64,000 nucleotides of DNA from Lama guanicoe (Eukaryota): positions 7,895,352 to 7,959,351 of the forward strand of contig MU053934.1 in the NCBI GenBank assembly GCA_013239625.1, read 5' to 3'. Under the pieces are notes generated by a model that was not told where the DNA came from, made no database searches, and was given only the letters and a program-made list of their open reading frames with translations. A program made the translations under genes and the position numbers. Below are positions 11,938 to 23,373 of this stretch, piece after piece (within the stretch, counting starts at the first letter, position 1; every line of letters begins with the position of its first letter).

Positions 11938-13252
11938 CTGAAACACAGACAAGACCAGAACGTGCTGAGTTCACTTGTGCACAAGCGGCAGCCAACTACC
12001 AAACCAAAGGAAGCCTTGGCAATGGATCTGGAAGGTTCCAGACCTACTCCTGGACCCCTCTGAACCTGGCCTATGGGGGCAGGACAAGCCACCTGCACTA
12101 CACGCTGACCCACTTCCCAGAGCCCAGTTGTTCCCAGCGCAGTAAGCCTGGCACCACGGGTGCGCAGAGCTGAGGCCCTTGAGGACGGGCTTGGCCCCGT
12201 TCACTGCTGAATCCCCAGCACCGAGGCAGAGGGCGGGCGAGTCACCACACCCCGGAGGACGGACAGGGTCTGGGGACACATCTACTGCTCTGGGCGTCAC
12301 GTGGGTCTGAGGCCTCCGTGACATCACTGTTCACTGGACTCAACAGCTCCACCAAGGTGGCATTTGTTTCTGGAGAATTTTAAAAGGGGGGAAAAATCAT
12401 CCAAAAAGGCAAAACATTTTATAGGGAGCAGGAAGCCGCCTGACCACAGGTCAGCAGTGAAAGCTTCAGGACGCCTGTCTGTGCAACAGCAGGGAATAAA
12501 GCAGCCGTGGGTGAATGAGCTTTGGAGCCTGGAGGCCGACTGCGCGCTGCAGCCAGAGCTCCCCACTCCACACCAACAGGAGTCGGGGCACCGCCAGCCG
12601 GCCAGCGCGGCTCCAGCCTGCGAGGCCCCTGGTCCTGCAGGCGGCTGTGCAGGCCCGGGTCTGGGCATCCCTCGTGCAGGGAAAGGAAAGAAAGTGCCCA
12701 AAATGACTGAAAACCGCTGAACCCACTTTCCTTAACACCAAGATCTCCAGTTGTCCTGGCCACGTGTTCATGGCGACTGTGAAGGCGTCAGGAGTGGGGC
12801 CCTGACTTCCCACCTGCAGGAGCCATGGGCGCAGCCCCCGAGCCTGCACCGTGCTTTTCCGTGACCGCCCGGGGGGAGCTGAAATGCTAGTTTAGAACTC
12901 TCTTCACCGTCAGCATCTCTGAGATCAGAGCTCTAACCGGCTCCAGCAAACATCCTTCATTAGCTCCATTATTAGCAGTCGTCCTTGTCCTGGAAGGACC
13001 TCAGATATGAAATTGCAACCCTGCGAATGCTGAGCTAACATAACCAAAGTGACAAGGATTTTCTCTTCGGTAGTGAAGAAAGAAAAGAAAGTAGTGGAGA
13101 GAAGAAAGCAAGAGAGACTCTTCTTGCTACCCTCTAATGATACCTAAGGGGCAAAATTAGAAGCTTCTAGACCAGCCACACCATAAATACATTTTTCCAC
13201 GATAATTTTTCTCAGCTGAGGCAGCTGAGAGCTCATCAAAGGAGTCACCCAC

Positions 13253-13386
13253 CTGGTTTAGGATTTGGAATCAAGACAGTGCAATTTATGTTGTGATATG
13301 AATCAAATTTAAGCAATGCAGCTGGCTGCTCGAGCCCCTGCGTTCTCACCAACGCAAGGAGGTCTTCTGAGCAAAGAGGCAATGTG
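13253..13386 (-). other. SULT4A1: Alternative stop-containing cassette exon in SULT4A1 intron 6 (pseudo-exon 6p-like)
   Basis: Acceptor ttttgttttcttttag|, donor ccag|gtgggt; in frame with exon 6 it reads AHCLFAQKTSLRW*, close to the C-terminus I recall for the human short isoform (AHCVFARKIFLSW). Confidence 0.8.
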
Positions 13387-14240
13387 CTAAAAGAAAACAA
13401 AATCAAAGAACTGAAATAAAGCAAAACCAAGGTAAACGATGATAAAACAAACACGTCGGAGGGAGCATATGGCACGCAGCATGTTCTCGACGCTTCTCAA
13501 CCACACAAATGAACCAGAAGAGGGATCCGGAGAAGGTCACATCTGAGGGTAACAAAACACAGCGAAAGCAAAACCAAAAAAGAGCAAATAAATTTTAAAT
13601 AATAAACATTTGTGAAGATGCAGCCAGGAAATAAATGACAGGGTGATGTGGTTTGCTGTCTGCTTCCCAGAGAGTCGCCTGCCCTGCCTTCACGGAAAGG
13701 CGCCTTCCACCCACCTTCCAACAGCCCCGAGAGCCAAGGCGGCCACCACCGGCCCTCTTCGGAGCGAGGACAAAAGGCCAGAGAGGCCCAAAGGTGGGGC
13801 CTGAGCCCAGCCCTTCTCTCCCCTCCGGGCAGCCGCCTGCAGCGCCCAGCACTGTTTTGGGAACGTTCTCACACCCGAGGGAGCTCCAAATTCAAAGCCG
13901 GGAACCAGCCTTGGTCCGCAGCAGCCAGTCAGGTGCGACTCTAAGCCAGCAGGTGGCTCACAGGGCCTCGGCACCACCAGGTGCAGGGGATTTTAATGCC
14001 CAAGCTCTCCACAAACCGCTGAAAATCCCACGAGCCCTCAGGGCCCAGAGAGCAACCCACCAGGTGGATCTGGGGGGCGACTCCTTCCTGGGACACCTCC
14101 CCATCTCCAACTGCCTGGTGCCCGACACAGCTCTCGCTGCCTGGAGGGAGCATCGGCCTCCAGGAGGGCTGCTGGCCAACTCCAGTGGGGCTGCGCTTCC
14201 TGCCTGCACCCCCTCCTCTCTTCCTCTCTCACAGCTACAG

Positions 14241-14363
14241 GCACACACCTACACACATGCACACACACCTACACAAAGCTACACATGCACACACCTACAC
14301 GCATGCACACACCCTACACACGCACACACCTACTCGCATGCACACACCCTACATACACACACC
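14241..14363. repeat. Degenerate ~18-bp minisatellite GCACACACCTACACRCAT, about 6-7 copies
   Basis: Units read directly: gcacacacctacacacat, gcacacacctacacgcat, gcacacaccctacacac, gcacacacctactcgcat and others. Confidence 0.85.
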
Positions 14364-14882
14364 TTTCCCCAGATGGGGCAGCTGCTGCTCACTGCACCAC
14401 CGGCTCCCAGGAGGGAGCAGGGGACTGGCACCCCCTCGTGTGGACCCTCCCGCCCCCTCCCTCTGCTCTTCCACAGCCCACAGAAGCTCAAGGGAGTCGT
14501 CTGCACACACTGTGCTTCAGACCTGCACAGCCTCACACCTGCCCTGTGGGCCGCCTGGGAAGGCACTCGCTCGAACACCCTTTGCCCACGAAGCCTGAGA
14601 CATCCCGGCAGCCACCCCGAGAACTACAACACTGTGTGCGTGGTCACAGCGCACACACCAGCAGGGGTCGCTCCAGGGCCCCTTGACAGCACTTTTCCAA
14701 TTACCTTCTTGACCCTCACAAAGCAGAGGGCTCTGGAGAAAGGAGGTGCAGGGCAGTGAAACACTGACATGAGGGTAATGGTCCAGAAAGCATGAGGACC
14801 CCGGCAGGGAAGGGGACGAGGGCCCTGGGTTCCCAGGCAGAGGCAGTGAGAAGGCGGGCGGTAGGGGGGCAGGGGCACATAC

Positions 14883-15021
14883 CCCGGCCCACAGGCAGGG
14901 CCTCGGCGTTGCAGCACTGGTCCACCAGTTGGTGGCAGTGCTCAGTCAGGGACTCCAGCTGGGCCTTGTCACAGGACACCCCCAGGAACCTGGCCAGCTG
15001 CTCCACCATCGTCACCAGGTC
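14883..15021 (-). CDS. SULT4A1: SULT4A1 exon 6 (DLVTMVEQLARFLGVSCDKAQLESLTEHCHQLVDQCCNAEALPVGR)
   Basis: ccag|GAC...CGG G|gtatgt; 139 nt; inside ORF 14716..15096. Confidence 0.97.
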
Positions 15022-16484
15022 CTGGAAGACACGAGCAGGAGAGCCCATCAGAGGCCACACATTTACCAAACCCGACTCTGGGCACTTGGTACACACAGCC
15101 TTACCTAGTCCCTAGGACAAGCCTGGCATTGACCTTGTCTGGAAATAAAATCCAGGTTAAGAGACTGCCCAAGGGCACTCAGCTCTCAGGTAGCAGATCT
15201 GGGATTCAAATCCAGGTTGTCTGGGAAATTTGAAAGCAGACATGAGGTCTTAATATGGCTGTGGTCATTTTCAACAGCAGCAAGGAGTAACACCACTTGG
15301 GAACTGTGCCAAGAGCAAGATCAGCTTAACCTCTTCCTCATCCTCCTTCCACGCCATCAGCTGGAGTCTAGACTGGCACTTGGGAGAGCCGGGAGGCCCC
15401 TGCGGACCCCAGGCAGGCTCCAGGGCCAGCCCACCTCGCCAGGCAGAAGGAACAAGATGCAGTTACACTTGGCTTGCGGACACAAAGCCATCTCCGGGCC
15501 CATCGCTCCACCATTCCCGGGAGCAGGTGAATTACCCATGCAGCCTAACAGCCTCGGGAGGGGCCCCCACACACTGCTCACCACGCAGCCCCTCCCCACT
15601 GCTGCCAGCGTCTCCCTGGAAAACACCAAAGCACCTCATATTCTCAACTTATGCATCACCGAGTGCTCTGCCCAGAGCCCTGAGCTGCCACCAGGCAGCC
15701 CCCAAACACTGGCAGCGTCTTGGTCACATCAGGAAGATGCTAGAGGCTGTCTCCTCTCTTGCTGGTTTATGAAGCCAACAAGCATCACGAAGCCTCTGGG
15801 CCGAGTCCAGGGCAGCCTGGCACTAAGGCTGTGTTTAGCTCTGAGGTTCATGTAAACCTTGCGTCCCACTCCCTTGTATTTCAATACTAAGTTACTCATC
15901 GCTCAGTCAATCGAGGCTCCAGGAAGAACCTGCCCGGCCAGCATCTGGGCCCCACAGGTGTGTGTGCAGCTAGACGGCCTGTGGCTTTTCCTCCCACCCC
16001 GCCTGCACCACGGAGCCACGCGCCCTGACCCCAGCACAGGCCCGATGGAAAAGATGCCCGCTTTCCCCCGGGGAACCAGAACACCCACAGCACTCTATTC
16101 ACAACCACCTCGAATGGAAACATCTCGAATGCCCGGCAGCCCCGAATGGATGGGCAAACATGTGCAGTGGAAGAACGCAGCATGGAGATGGGAAGCGACA
16201 AGTCTCTGCCTCTCCAGGCACAGGTGACGTGCAGACACCGCACTGAGCAGGGCCAGACACCAACACACGCCTCCTGGTTCCACATGCAGGGCTCAGGAAC
16301 AAGCAGAGTCGATGGCAGCGAGGCAGCCACACTCCTGCCACACAGCCTCCCTCGGGGGTTGTGGATGCTCCGCCCCGTCCACCAGCGCCCCAGAAACCCC
16401 CGAACCCATCCTCCGGGGTCTTCCCACAGCACATGGCACAGCCTCTGGTTTCCTGAAAAGGAGATGAGAGTTTCTACTTCGAAG

Positions 16485-16800
16485 GCCATCCATTCATTCA
16501 ACAAGTGTTCCAAGGCCTCGCCTGTGTCAGGCACTAACTTAACAAGCGTGAACAAGACAGATGGAACCCCAGCCCCCAGAGCTCACTCTGATCGGGAGAC
16601 AGTAAGTAAGATGAATTCTGAACAGTAAAATGCACTGCAGGACGAGAAATGCGGAAAATGAAATAAAAAAGAGAAGTGATGGGGGCTCTAAGTGAAGGTC
16701 ACAGAAGGCATCACTGACGGGGACAAAGGCCCGAAAGAAGCGAGGGAGTGACCCATGTGGACAACTGGGGAAGAACATTCCAGACAGAGGCACGGCAAGC
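16485..16800 (-). mobile_element. L2 LINE 3' fragment
   Basis: cattcattcaacaagtg...tgtgtcaggcact...aacaagacag, the reverse complement of an L2 tail. Confidence 0.55.
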
Positions 16801-17527
16801 GTGGAGTGCCAGACAGAGAACCCACCCGACGGGCTGAAGGAACAGCAAGGAAGCCAGCAGGAAGCTGGCTGGCACCTGTGGGCGACAGGGAGGGGCAGAC
16901 CCGCAGGAGGGCAGGGCGTGGGGGCCTCGCACCGCTCGGCCCACAGCGCGGCTTGCGAAGTGTTGACGCAGCTGGTGCTGGGGCCGGGACGCACACGTCG
17001 GCCCCTGCCAGACAGCAAGCTCTCGAGGGCCCGGGCGAGGCCCCGCCGCCCAGCCCGGCACGTTCACGGCTGCCGCCCGAGGCCCGCCTCCGGCTCCAGC
17101 TCCGGGCCAGGCCTCAGAAACACTCGGCTTGTGAAGCAATTCACCGGTAAACCCATCGGGTCCCTCAGCAGTCTGAGAACTGCTGCCCTCGGGCAAACAG
17201 GCCAAGATGAGAAATTCGGACTCTGCCAGCTTAGCCCATCGCCCCAAGCTGGTCACCTCCGGAGAGGGTGCTGGGTGGCAGCAGGGCCAGTCTGGCTGCT
17301 CTGCGACAGTTGAAGCAGGAACACAGTAAGAAATGGGGCTTTTCTAACGCACTGCACGCTACCTGACCCTGAAGCTGAGCCTGGCCGGGGCTCAGGGCAG
17401 TGGTGAGGGGACACCTGGGGCTCCTGAGTCCCCGACGCTCCCTGCAGGCTCCGCCCTCCCCGCGTGCGCGCTCCCAGAGGCTCTGGTAGCGGGAGCAGCC
17501 CCAGGTACCTGCTTCCGCCACACTCAC

Positions 17528-17622
17528 CCGGTGCATGTCTTCGTACTTGAGGAAAAGCACATTCGAGTCCATGCGGTGCTCCCAGAACTCCTGCACGTGC
17601 TCAAACCAGGAGCCGTAGCCCA
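17528..17622 (-). CDS. SULT4A1: SULT4A1 exon 5 ((L)GYGSWFEHVQEFWEHRMDSNVLFLKYEDMHR)
   Basis: acag|TG GGC...CGG|gtgagt; 95 nt; SULT YGSW and YEDM motifs. Confidence 0.97.
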
Positions 17623-20600
17623 CTGTGGACACAAGGGCACAGGTGAGTCAGTCACGGGGGAGCGGCCTGTGGGAGATGGCCTTGCTCCCTGCCTTCCCTT
17701 TCAGAAGGCTCCCCTCCTACAGCCCAGAAGCTGCGTTCAGGAAGAAAGAGTAAGTCCTGGGCTTCAGGGGCAGCCCCACACACGAGCCCCTTCACGAGTC
17801 CCAGGTCCTAAGACTCTCCTGCCCACGGTCCACAGCCCCCACCGCCTCGATGCCTAGAAGCTCTGACCCTTAGGGTGAAGGCCTCTTCTCCTGGGATGGA
17901 TGGGACCCGGCACCCATGAATTTCTCTAACAAGTGGTGACTGGGAAGACAGTGATGCCCAGAGAAACCAGGATACTGGACCAGTCAGTTACGCTGCTGCG
18001 GTTAGAATGAGGTGTGGGAGGCTCCAGGACAGAGCTGAGAATGGGGCCCGCCAGGCAGGTGCCACAGCAGAACCCCAGGCAGAATCAGGAAGCCACAGGG
18101 ACTGAGAGAGGCAACCAGCCCTATCCTGGCACAGGGCAGCCCCTCACTTCCTGCGCTCCTTAGGGCTCTGGTGTGGGGCTGGGGTCACACGGGCAGACGT
18201 CCTGATCAGTGCAGCCAGGCTGCTTCACAACGTTCTTCATAAAAACTGATTCTCACCACCTTGTCAAGTGGAGATGCCCATCACTAAAAGGGTCCCCGTG
18301 GGAGCCTTCCGAGGGACTTCCATGTTAATCATAAGAAGGTCTCAGCCAAGGAACGTGAGGGGCCCCGGGCATGCTGGATGACAGGGGCCGGTCAAGAGGA
18401 GTGGCCACGCTGCCTGCACCCCCACTCACCCAAGCGCCCGTCCACCTTGCAAACACTGGGCCCGGCGGATACCCCTTTAAGGTCGAGGGCTTGAGGGGCC
18501 TTCGGCCTGGTGGGAAACCACCAAGGAGACTGCCGACGACACAGAGTGACCAGAAAGAGGCCCTGTGCACACAGAAGGGCCCCTCCCACACTGGGACAAG
18601 CCTCAAAGGACCAGGAAGGGCGAAGCAGGCAATGAAATGGAGGAAGAGGCCGCAGGGGAAGCGGTGAGCAGAGGCGAGGGCTGCATGGGGACCGTAAAGG
18701 ATGTAAGGCCACCACGGGGTCAGAAGCAGATGACAAGACTCGACGGGAGGCGGGCAGGAGAGCAGAGCAGTGAGGGCGGGGGCTTGGACTGAGGCAGCCT
18801 GGCCTTTCACACCCTCCCCGGCTGTGACTGGACAGGCCCTGGACCTTTCTGCATCTCCTCCTCCTCGTGAACCCGAGATGACACAACCGGGGGCGGTGCC
18901 GGTGCCTCCTCCTCTCTGCTGGTGCCTGGTGGAGGTCCCTGGGGGTCCGACCCCCAAGGCCCTGGTAAGGGTTCTGCTGAATCCACTGCTGAGTCCACTG
19001 AGCGGCAGGGGGGCTGCTACTGCCCCTGCAGTCACACCTCAAACAGCGTGGCCTGTGCCCCCAAGGCGCTGACAGTCTCTTGGACTTACTTGTGTGAGCG
19101 AGGCCAGGAAAGCAGGGGATCGATTTCCCACCCAGCTGGCCGGAGCCGACGTCACCCCTCTGTCTGCCTTCCTGCCACAGGTGGCAGCACAGCCGCAGTC
19201 TCCCCCGCAAAGAGGGCTCCGGAGGGACCCGGGTGCCAGCCGGTCAGGGGTCCCGGGGGTGGGGGGGCCTAGGGGCCAGCACAGAGCAGAAGGCCCTCCT
19301 CAGACCACCAAGGACTCACCCAGTACTTTATGAGGAATGAAGGGGGCTCTGGAAGGCGAAGGAGAAACGGGCAGGAACGAATCAACACAAGGCACAGGCA
19401 TTCAGCCGAGAGGCCTTGCTGGGACCCAGTGTTAGTGAGCAGGGGGATCTGCCCTCTGCTGCTCAGGTCCCTCAGGACCTCGGACAGAGAAGGAAGGCGC
19501 CCTTCCTGGACAGCAGGGATTCTGAGCACTGAGAATAAAGGGAGCCTGGGAGGCGGAGGACTCAGGTGAAGAGGCTTTGGAGGGACCAGGGCAAGTGTGC
19601 GTGGCCTTGAACCTCAGTGGGGGCTGGGCTGGGACCTTCCCAACGTGGAGAGGCCTGTATGAGATAACTTTCAACTGCTCTGGCCTGAGCAGGAGGCTTT
19701 AAGCCCTGCACCAAGGGTCAGTCTGAACTTGATGGATACCTGCTCTTTACGATGGCATGGTCCCCACGCGGGTGGCTGGTTCTAAAAAAGGGAGGAACAC
19801 CTGCTGGGATTTAAAAACACAGCTTTGGGAACCACAAGAGTGGCCTGCTCCAAATGCCTGGCAGACCATGAGGGGCCAGAGCCAGATGGTGGGTGGGCTG
19901 GGGGGAAGGGAGGCTGGACAGAGGCCTTCAGCCCTCCTCCCACGGCACAGCTGAAGCAAAGGTTCAAGGGCAGGGACAGAGCGCCTTCAGGCACTGGGGG
20001 TGGCTCATGCATGGGTGCACTGAGTGGGGTCTGGCCTTCAACCAGGCTCAGGAGGCAGCTCCAGGGGGCCGCCCTGGGTTCCATTCAGATTCGGGGCACT
20101 GTACTCCAGGATCATCACCACGCACTCTATCCTTAACTTGCCATAGAAGCTCAACCCCTGATTGGGCTGAACAGGTGGACAATAAGGCAGAGGGTTACTT
20201 GAGCTGGGAAATAAAACAGGAAGTACATTTTCAGATGGGTGCAGAACCATAATGAGGAGCTGCCAACCACGCGGTCAAAGGGATGGCTCCCTCCCTGGGC
20301 CCAGTGTAGCGGATGTGACCAGGCCCGCTCCGCCCCAGGGCAGGGAGACATGGAAGGGCCCAGCACACGTGGCCCCAGCTCACCCCTCTCCCCTGGGAAC
20401 AAGCTTCTTACACAGAGCATGGCCTCCCTCTGTCCCCCAAAGTGCACCCCACCCATCACACTGGCCTGGGGCTGGGGTCCAAGCTTGATCCTCAAGTCCA
20501 GCAAAAGGCCCGCAGGGCTCTCACACGAAGCCACAGCCTCTAACCTGACCTCTGGCACCGACAATAGAGGTACCTCACTGCTCAGAATCCAGGCAGGAAG

Positions 20601-20860
20601 GGGGTTGCATTTAACTGGGGAACCTCTCAGAACCCCAAGGACATGGTAGGAGAGAAGGGCCTCCGCGGTGCTCACCCACACTACCCAGCACCGGCTCAAC
20701 CCGGGATGCGCCCCCGACGCCCCTTAGCCCCAGCTCCTCCGCCCACCAGTGGGAAAGCAGGTGACCCCCGTGGTTATTGGGGTGCGACATGAAGCACTCA
20801 TGGGTGTTCAGTGAATACTTAGTGTCCTTGCTGTAAGGTCACACAGGCTGAAACACTTAC

Positions 20861-20987
20861 ACTTGTCATTCATGAATCTCCGGCAGAATTCCTGGAAAGT
20901 GCCTCGATAGCTCATGGTCCGCAGGGAGCGGTGGAACTGGTAATACGACACCACCAGGTCCTTGGGGTTCCGAGCCATGTATATGAC
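20861..20987 (-). CDS. SULT4A1: SULT4A1 exon 4 (VIYMARNPKDLVVSYYQFHRSLRTMSYRGTFQEFCRRFMNDK)
   Basis: gcag|GTC...AAG T|gtaagt; 127 nt; 3'-phosphate-binding RNPKD..VS motif. Confidence 0.97.
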
Positions 20988-21236
20988 CTGCGGAGGGCGG
21001 GATGGACCAGCTTGGTCTGTGACCCTCTGTTCCAGGCCGGCCGCCCGGTGCGGGCTCCACTGACCTACAACCCACCCTTCTGACCCCGCTTCCCACAGCG
21101 AGGTCAGCCCCTTGTGCACAAGGCAGAGGCTTCCTCACTGTCACTGTTTCAGCAGAGATGCACTCCTGTCCATACAATAGGACCAGCTAGGAGTTATTTC
21201 AGAGTTTTATCATATTTCTGTCCTTTAGCACTACTT

Positions 21237-21769
21237 CATTTTTTTTAACTGAAGCATAGTTGCTGTACAACATAAGTTACAGGTGTACTATATAGTGATG
21301 CACAATTTTTAAAGGTTATAAAATATTGACTATATTCTCCATGTTGTACAACAAATCCTTGTAGCTTATTTTATATGTAACAGTTTGTACCTCTTACTCC
21401 CCTACCCCTATCTTCCCCCATCCCTCGTCCCTCTCCCCACTGGTAACCACCACTTTGTTCTCTGTACCTGTGAGTCTGCTGCTTTTTTGTTATAGTCACT
21501 AGTTTGTTTTATTCTTTAGATTACACATGTAAGTGATATCATACAGTATTCATCTTTCTCTGTCTGACTTATTTCACTTGGCATAATACCCTTCAAGTCC
21601 ATCTACACTGTTGCAAATGGCAAGTTTTCCATTCTTTTTTATGGCTGAGTAGTATTCCACTGTATACATACACCACATCTTTATCCATTCACCTGCTGAT
21701 GGACACTCAGGTCACTTTCATATCTTGGCAGTTGTCAGTAATGCTGCTATGAACATTGGGGTGCCTCTA
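21237..21769 (-). mobile_element. 5'-truncated L1 with target-site duplication, SULT4A1 intron 3
   Basis: Poly-T start, L1 3' sequence (gtctgacttatttcacttggcataat...atgctgctatgaacattggggtgc), flanked by agcactactt at 21227-21236 and 21770-21779. Confidence 0.9.
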
Positions 21770-22120
21770 AGCACTACTTTAAAATCAGCAGAAGACAGAA
21801 AAATTACAGTCCTGACCCTGGTGATGAGAATTACAGGTGAAGTGATTCATATATCTAATGCAGTTGAGAAAATAGGAAAAATCAGAGACACTGAAAGCAG
21901 CCATGAGTCCTTGGGCCTTAAACAGGCAGAGGCTGGACTTTCAAGTTCAAGTTCAACTGAGAGGACAAGCCAAATTAGAAACATGGATAAAAGCTAGAGA
22001 TATTGGCTCAAAAACAGCCCCCACGGGGGTCACCACCCCGAGGCTCTCTGGGAACTCACACCTGGGACAGACCACCACTTGGAAGGGCCTGTCAGCCTCC
22101 GGTTCGGGGGCGGGGGTTAC

Positions 22121-22201
22121 CTTGGAGTCGCCGTTGTGGAGGTCGGAGGGCAGGAAGCGGTAGGGGAGGTGGCTTTTGATGAGGCGGGGTGACGTCAGTT
22201 C
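22121..22201 (-). CDS. SULT4A1: SULT4A1 exon 3 (ELTSPRLIKSHLPYRFLPSDLHNGDSK)
   Basis: gcag|GAA...AAG|gtaacc; 81 nt; contains the catalytic-His motif KSHLP. Not in the ORF track; translated by hand. Confidence 0.97.
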
Positions 22202-23242
22202 CTGCAGCGGGGTCAGAGGGGCGGCGGGCGCTCAGAGGACGCGCAGGTGCTCATCCAGCCTAACAGCCCGGGGCACGAGGCGCAGAGGCTGCCGGACTGA
22301 GGGCTTCCTGCTGCTCCTGGGATGTGCCCGGCCCTCCCTCTCCCAGGCCCTGACTCAGACGTGTCCCCTGAGAGGCCTGCCCCGTTCCATCCTGCTCTGC
22401 TCCCATCTGGGGTGGTCACCCCTTGAGCACCAGGACTCTCAGCTTTCCTGTCCAGTCAGCTCCCTCACTGGAATGTAAGTTCTGCGAGGGCTGTGACATC
22501 GCCCTGCCAGCTCAGTTCTCGGCGGGAAAAGGGTGGCAGGCACCCATTGCCGCTCTGCTGAGGGCACGGTGGATGAGTCACCAGGGGCCGAAGTGCTGTG
22601 GCCAACAGAGGGGTGAGAGGGGTGGACGCAGGTGAGCTGTCGCTGCAGGAGGGGTGCAGAGACCAGCTCACAAGGGACAATGATGCAGGGGGTGGGGGCA
22701 CCCTCAAAGCTGTGTTTCAGAAGGCCTGTCCATGGGGAGAAAGGACAGGCAGGCCACGCAGGAAATGAGGCCTGAACTAAAGTGGCAGAGGGGAGGGTGG
22801 GGAGAAAACATTCTGGGCATGTCTGAGGGGCAGGATGGATGGGATTTGGGGATCACATTTATTTCAGTCTTGATACCAAATATTTGATGCAAACGCATCT
22901 GACCCAGTTCCCGCAACAGACGGGGTGAGCCACAGCGGGCGGCCGGAGGGGAAGTGGAGCAGGGGCACCTCACCCCGACACTGCCCCGTCCCCCCTAACC
23001 CTGGGCACCAGCCTCCTTCCACCCCTAAGTCACCCTCAGCACCCACTGGTTCAATTCCAGGGTCACGGTCACCAGGTCAGGCCTGTCAGTCTCTCTCTAG
23101 GCTCCCTGGGGGTACCGGGAGCTCCCTGCTCTCCCTCCACCCATGGGGCCCCCTCCACCCACGGGGCCCCCAGGAACCCCTCAGGAGCAACCGTCACTCA
23201 GGCGGAAACACCCCGAGCAGGTGGGCTGGGCCCCGAGCCTAC

Positions 23243-23373
23243 CTTGATGATGTCCAGGCCTGGCTGCGGGTACTCCAGGACCGGGAGCTGCTCGTCAATG
23301 TTCATCAGGCCGATCTCGTCGGGGTCGGCCCCCTGGCTCACCAGGTAGACCACCTCCTGCAGCAAGCTCGTGC
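23243..23373 (-). CDS. SULT4A1: SULT4A1 exon 2 ((G)TSLLQEVVYLVSQGADPDEIGLMNIDEQLPVLEYPQPGLDIIK)
   Basis: ccag|GC ACG...AAG|gtaggc; 131 nt. Confidence 0.97.

Noticed and set aside
13653..14759. 368-aa plus-strand ORF
   Set aside because: Antisense to SULT4A1 intron 6, non-ATG start, Pro/Ala/His-Thr low complexity caused by GC richness and the CA-rich minisatellite; no recognisable domain.
18325..19272. Overlapping 236- and 272-aa minus-strand ORFs in SULT4A1 intron 4
   Set aside because: GC-rich intron, low-complexity translations, no domain; no evidence of a nested gene or retrocopy.
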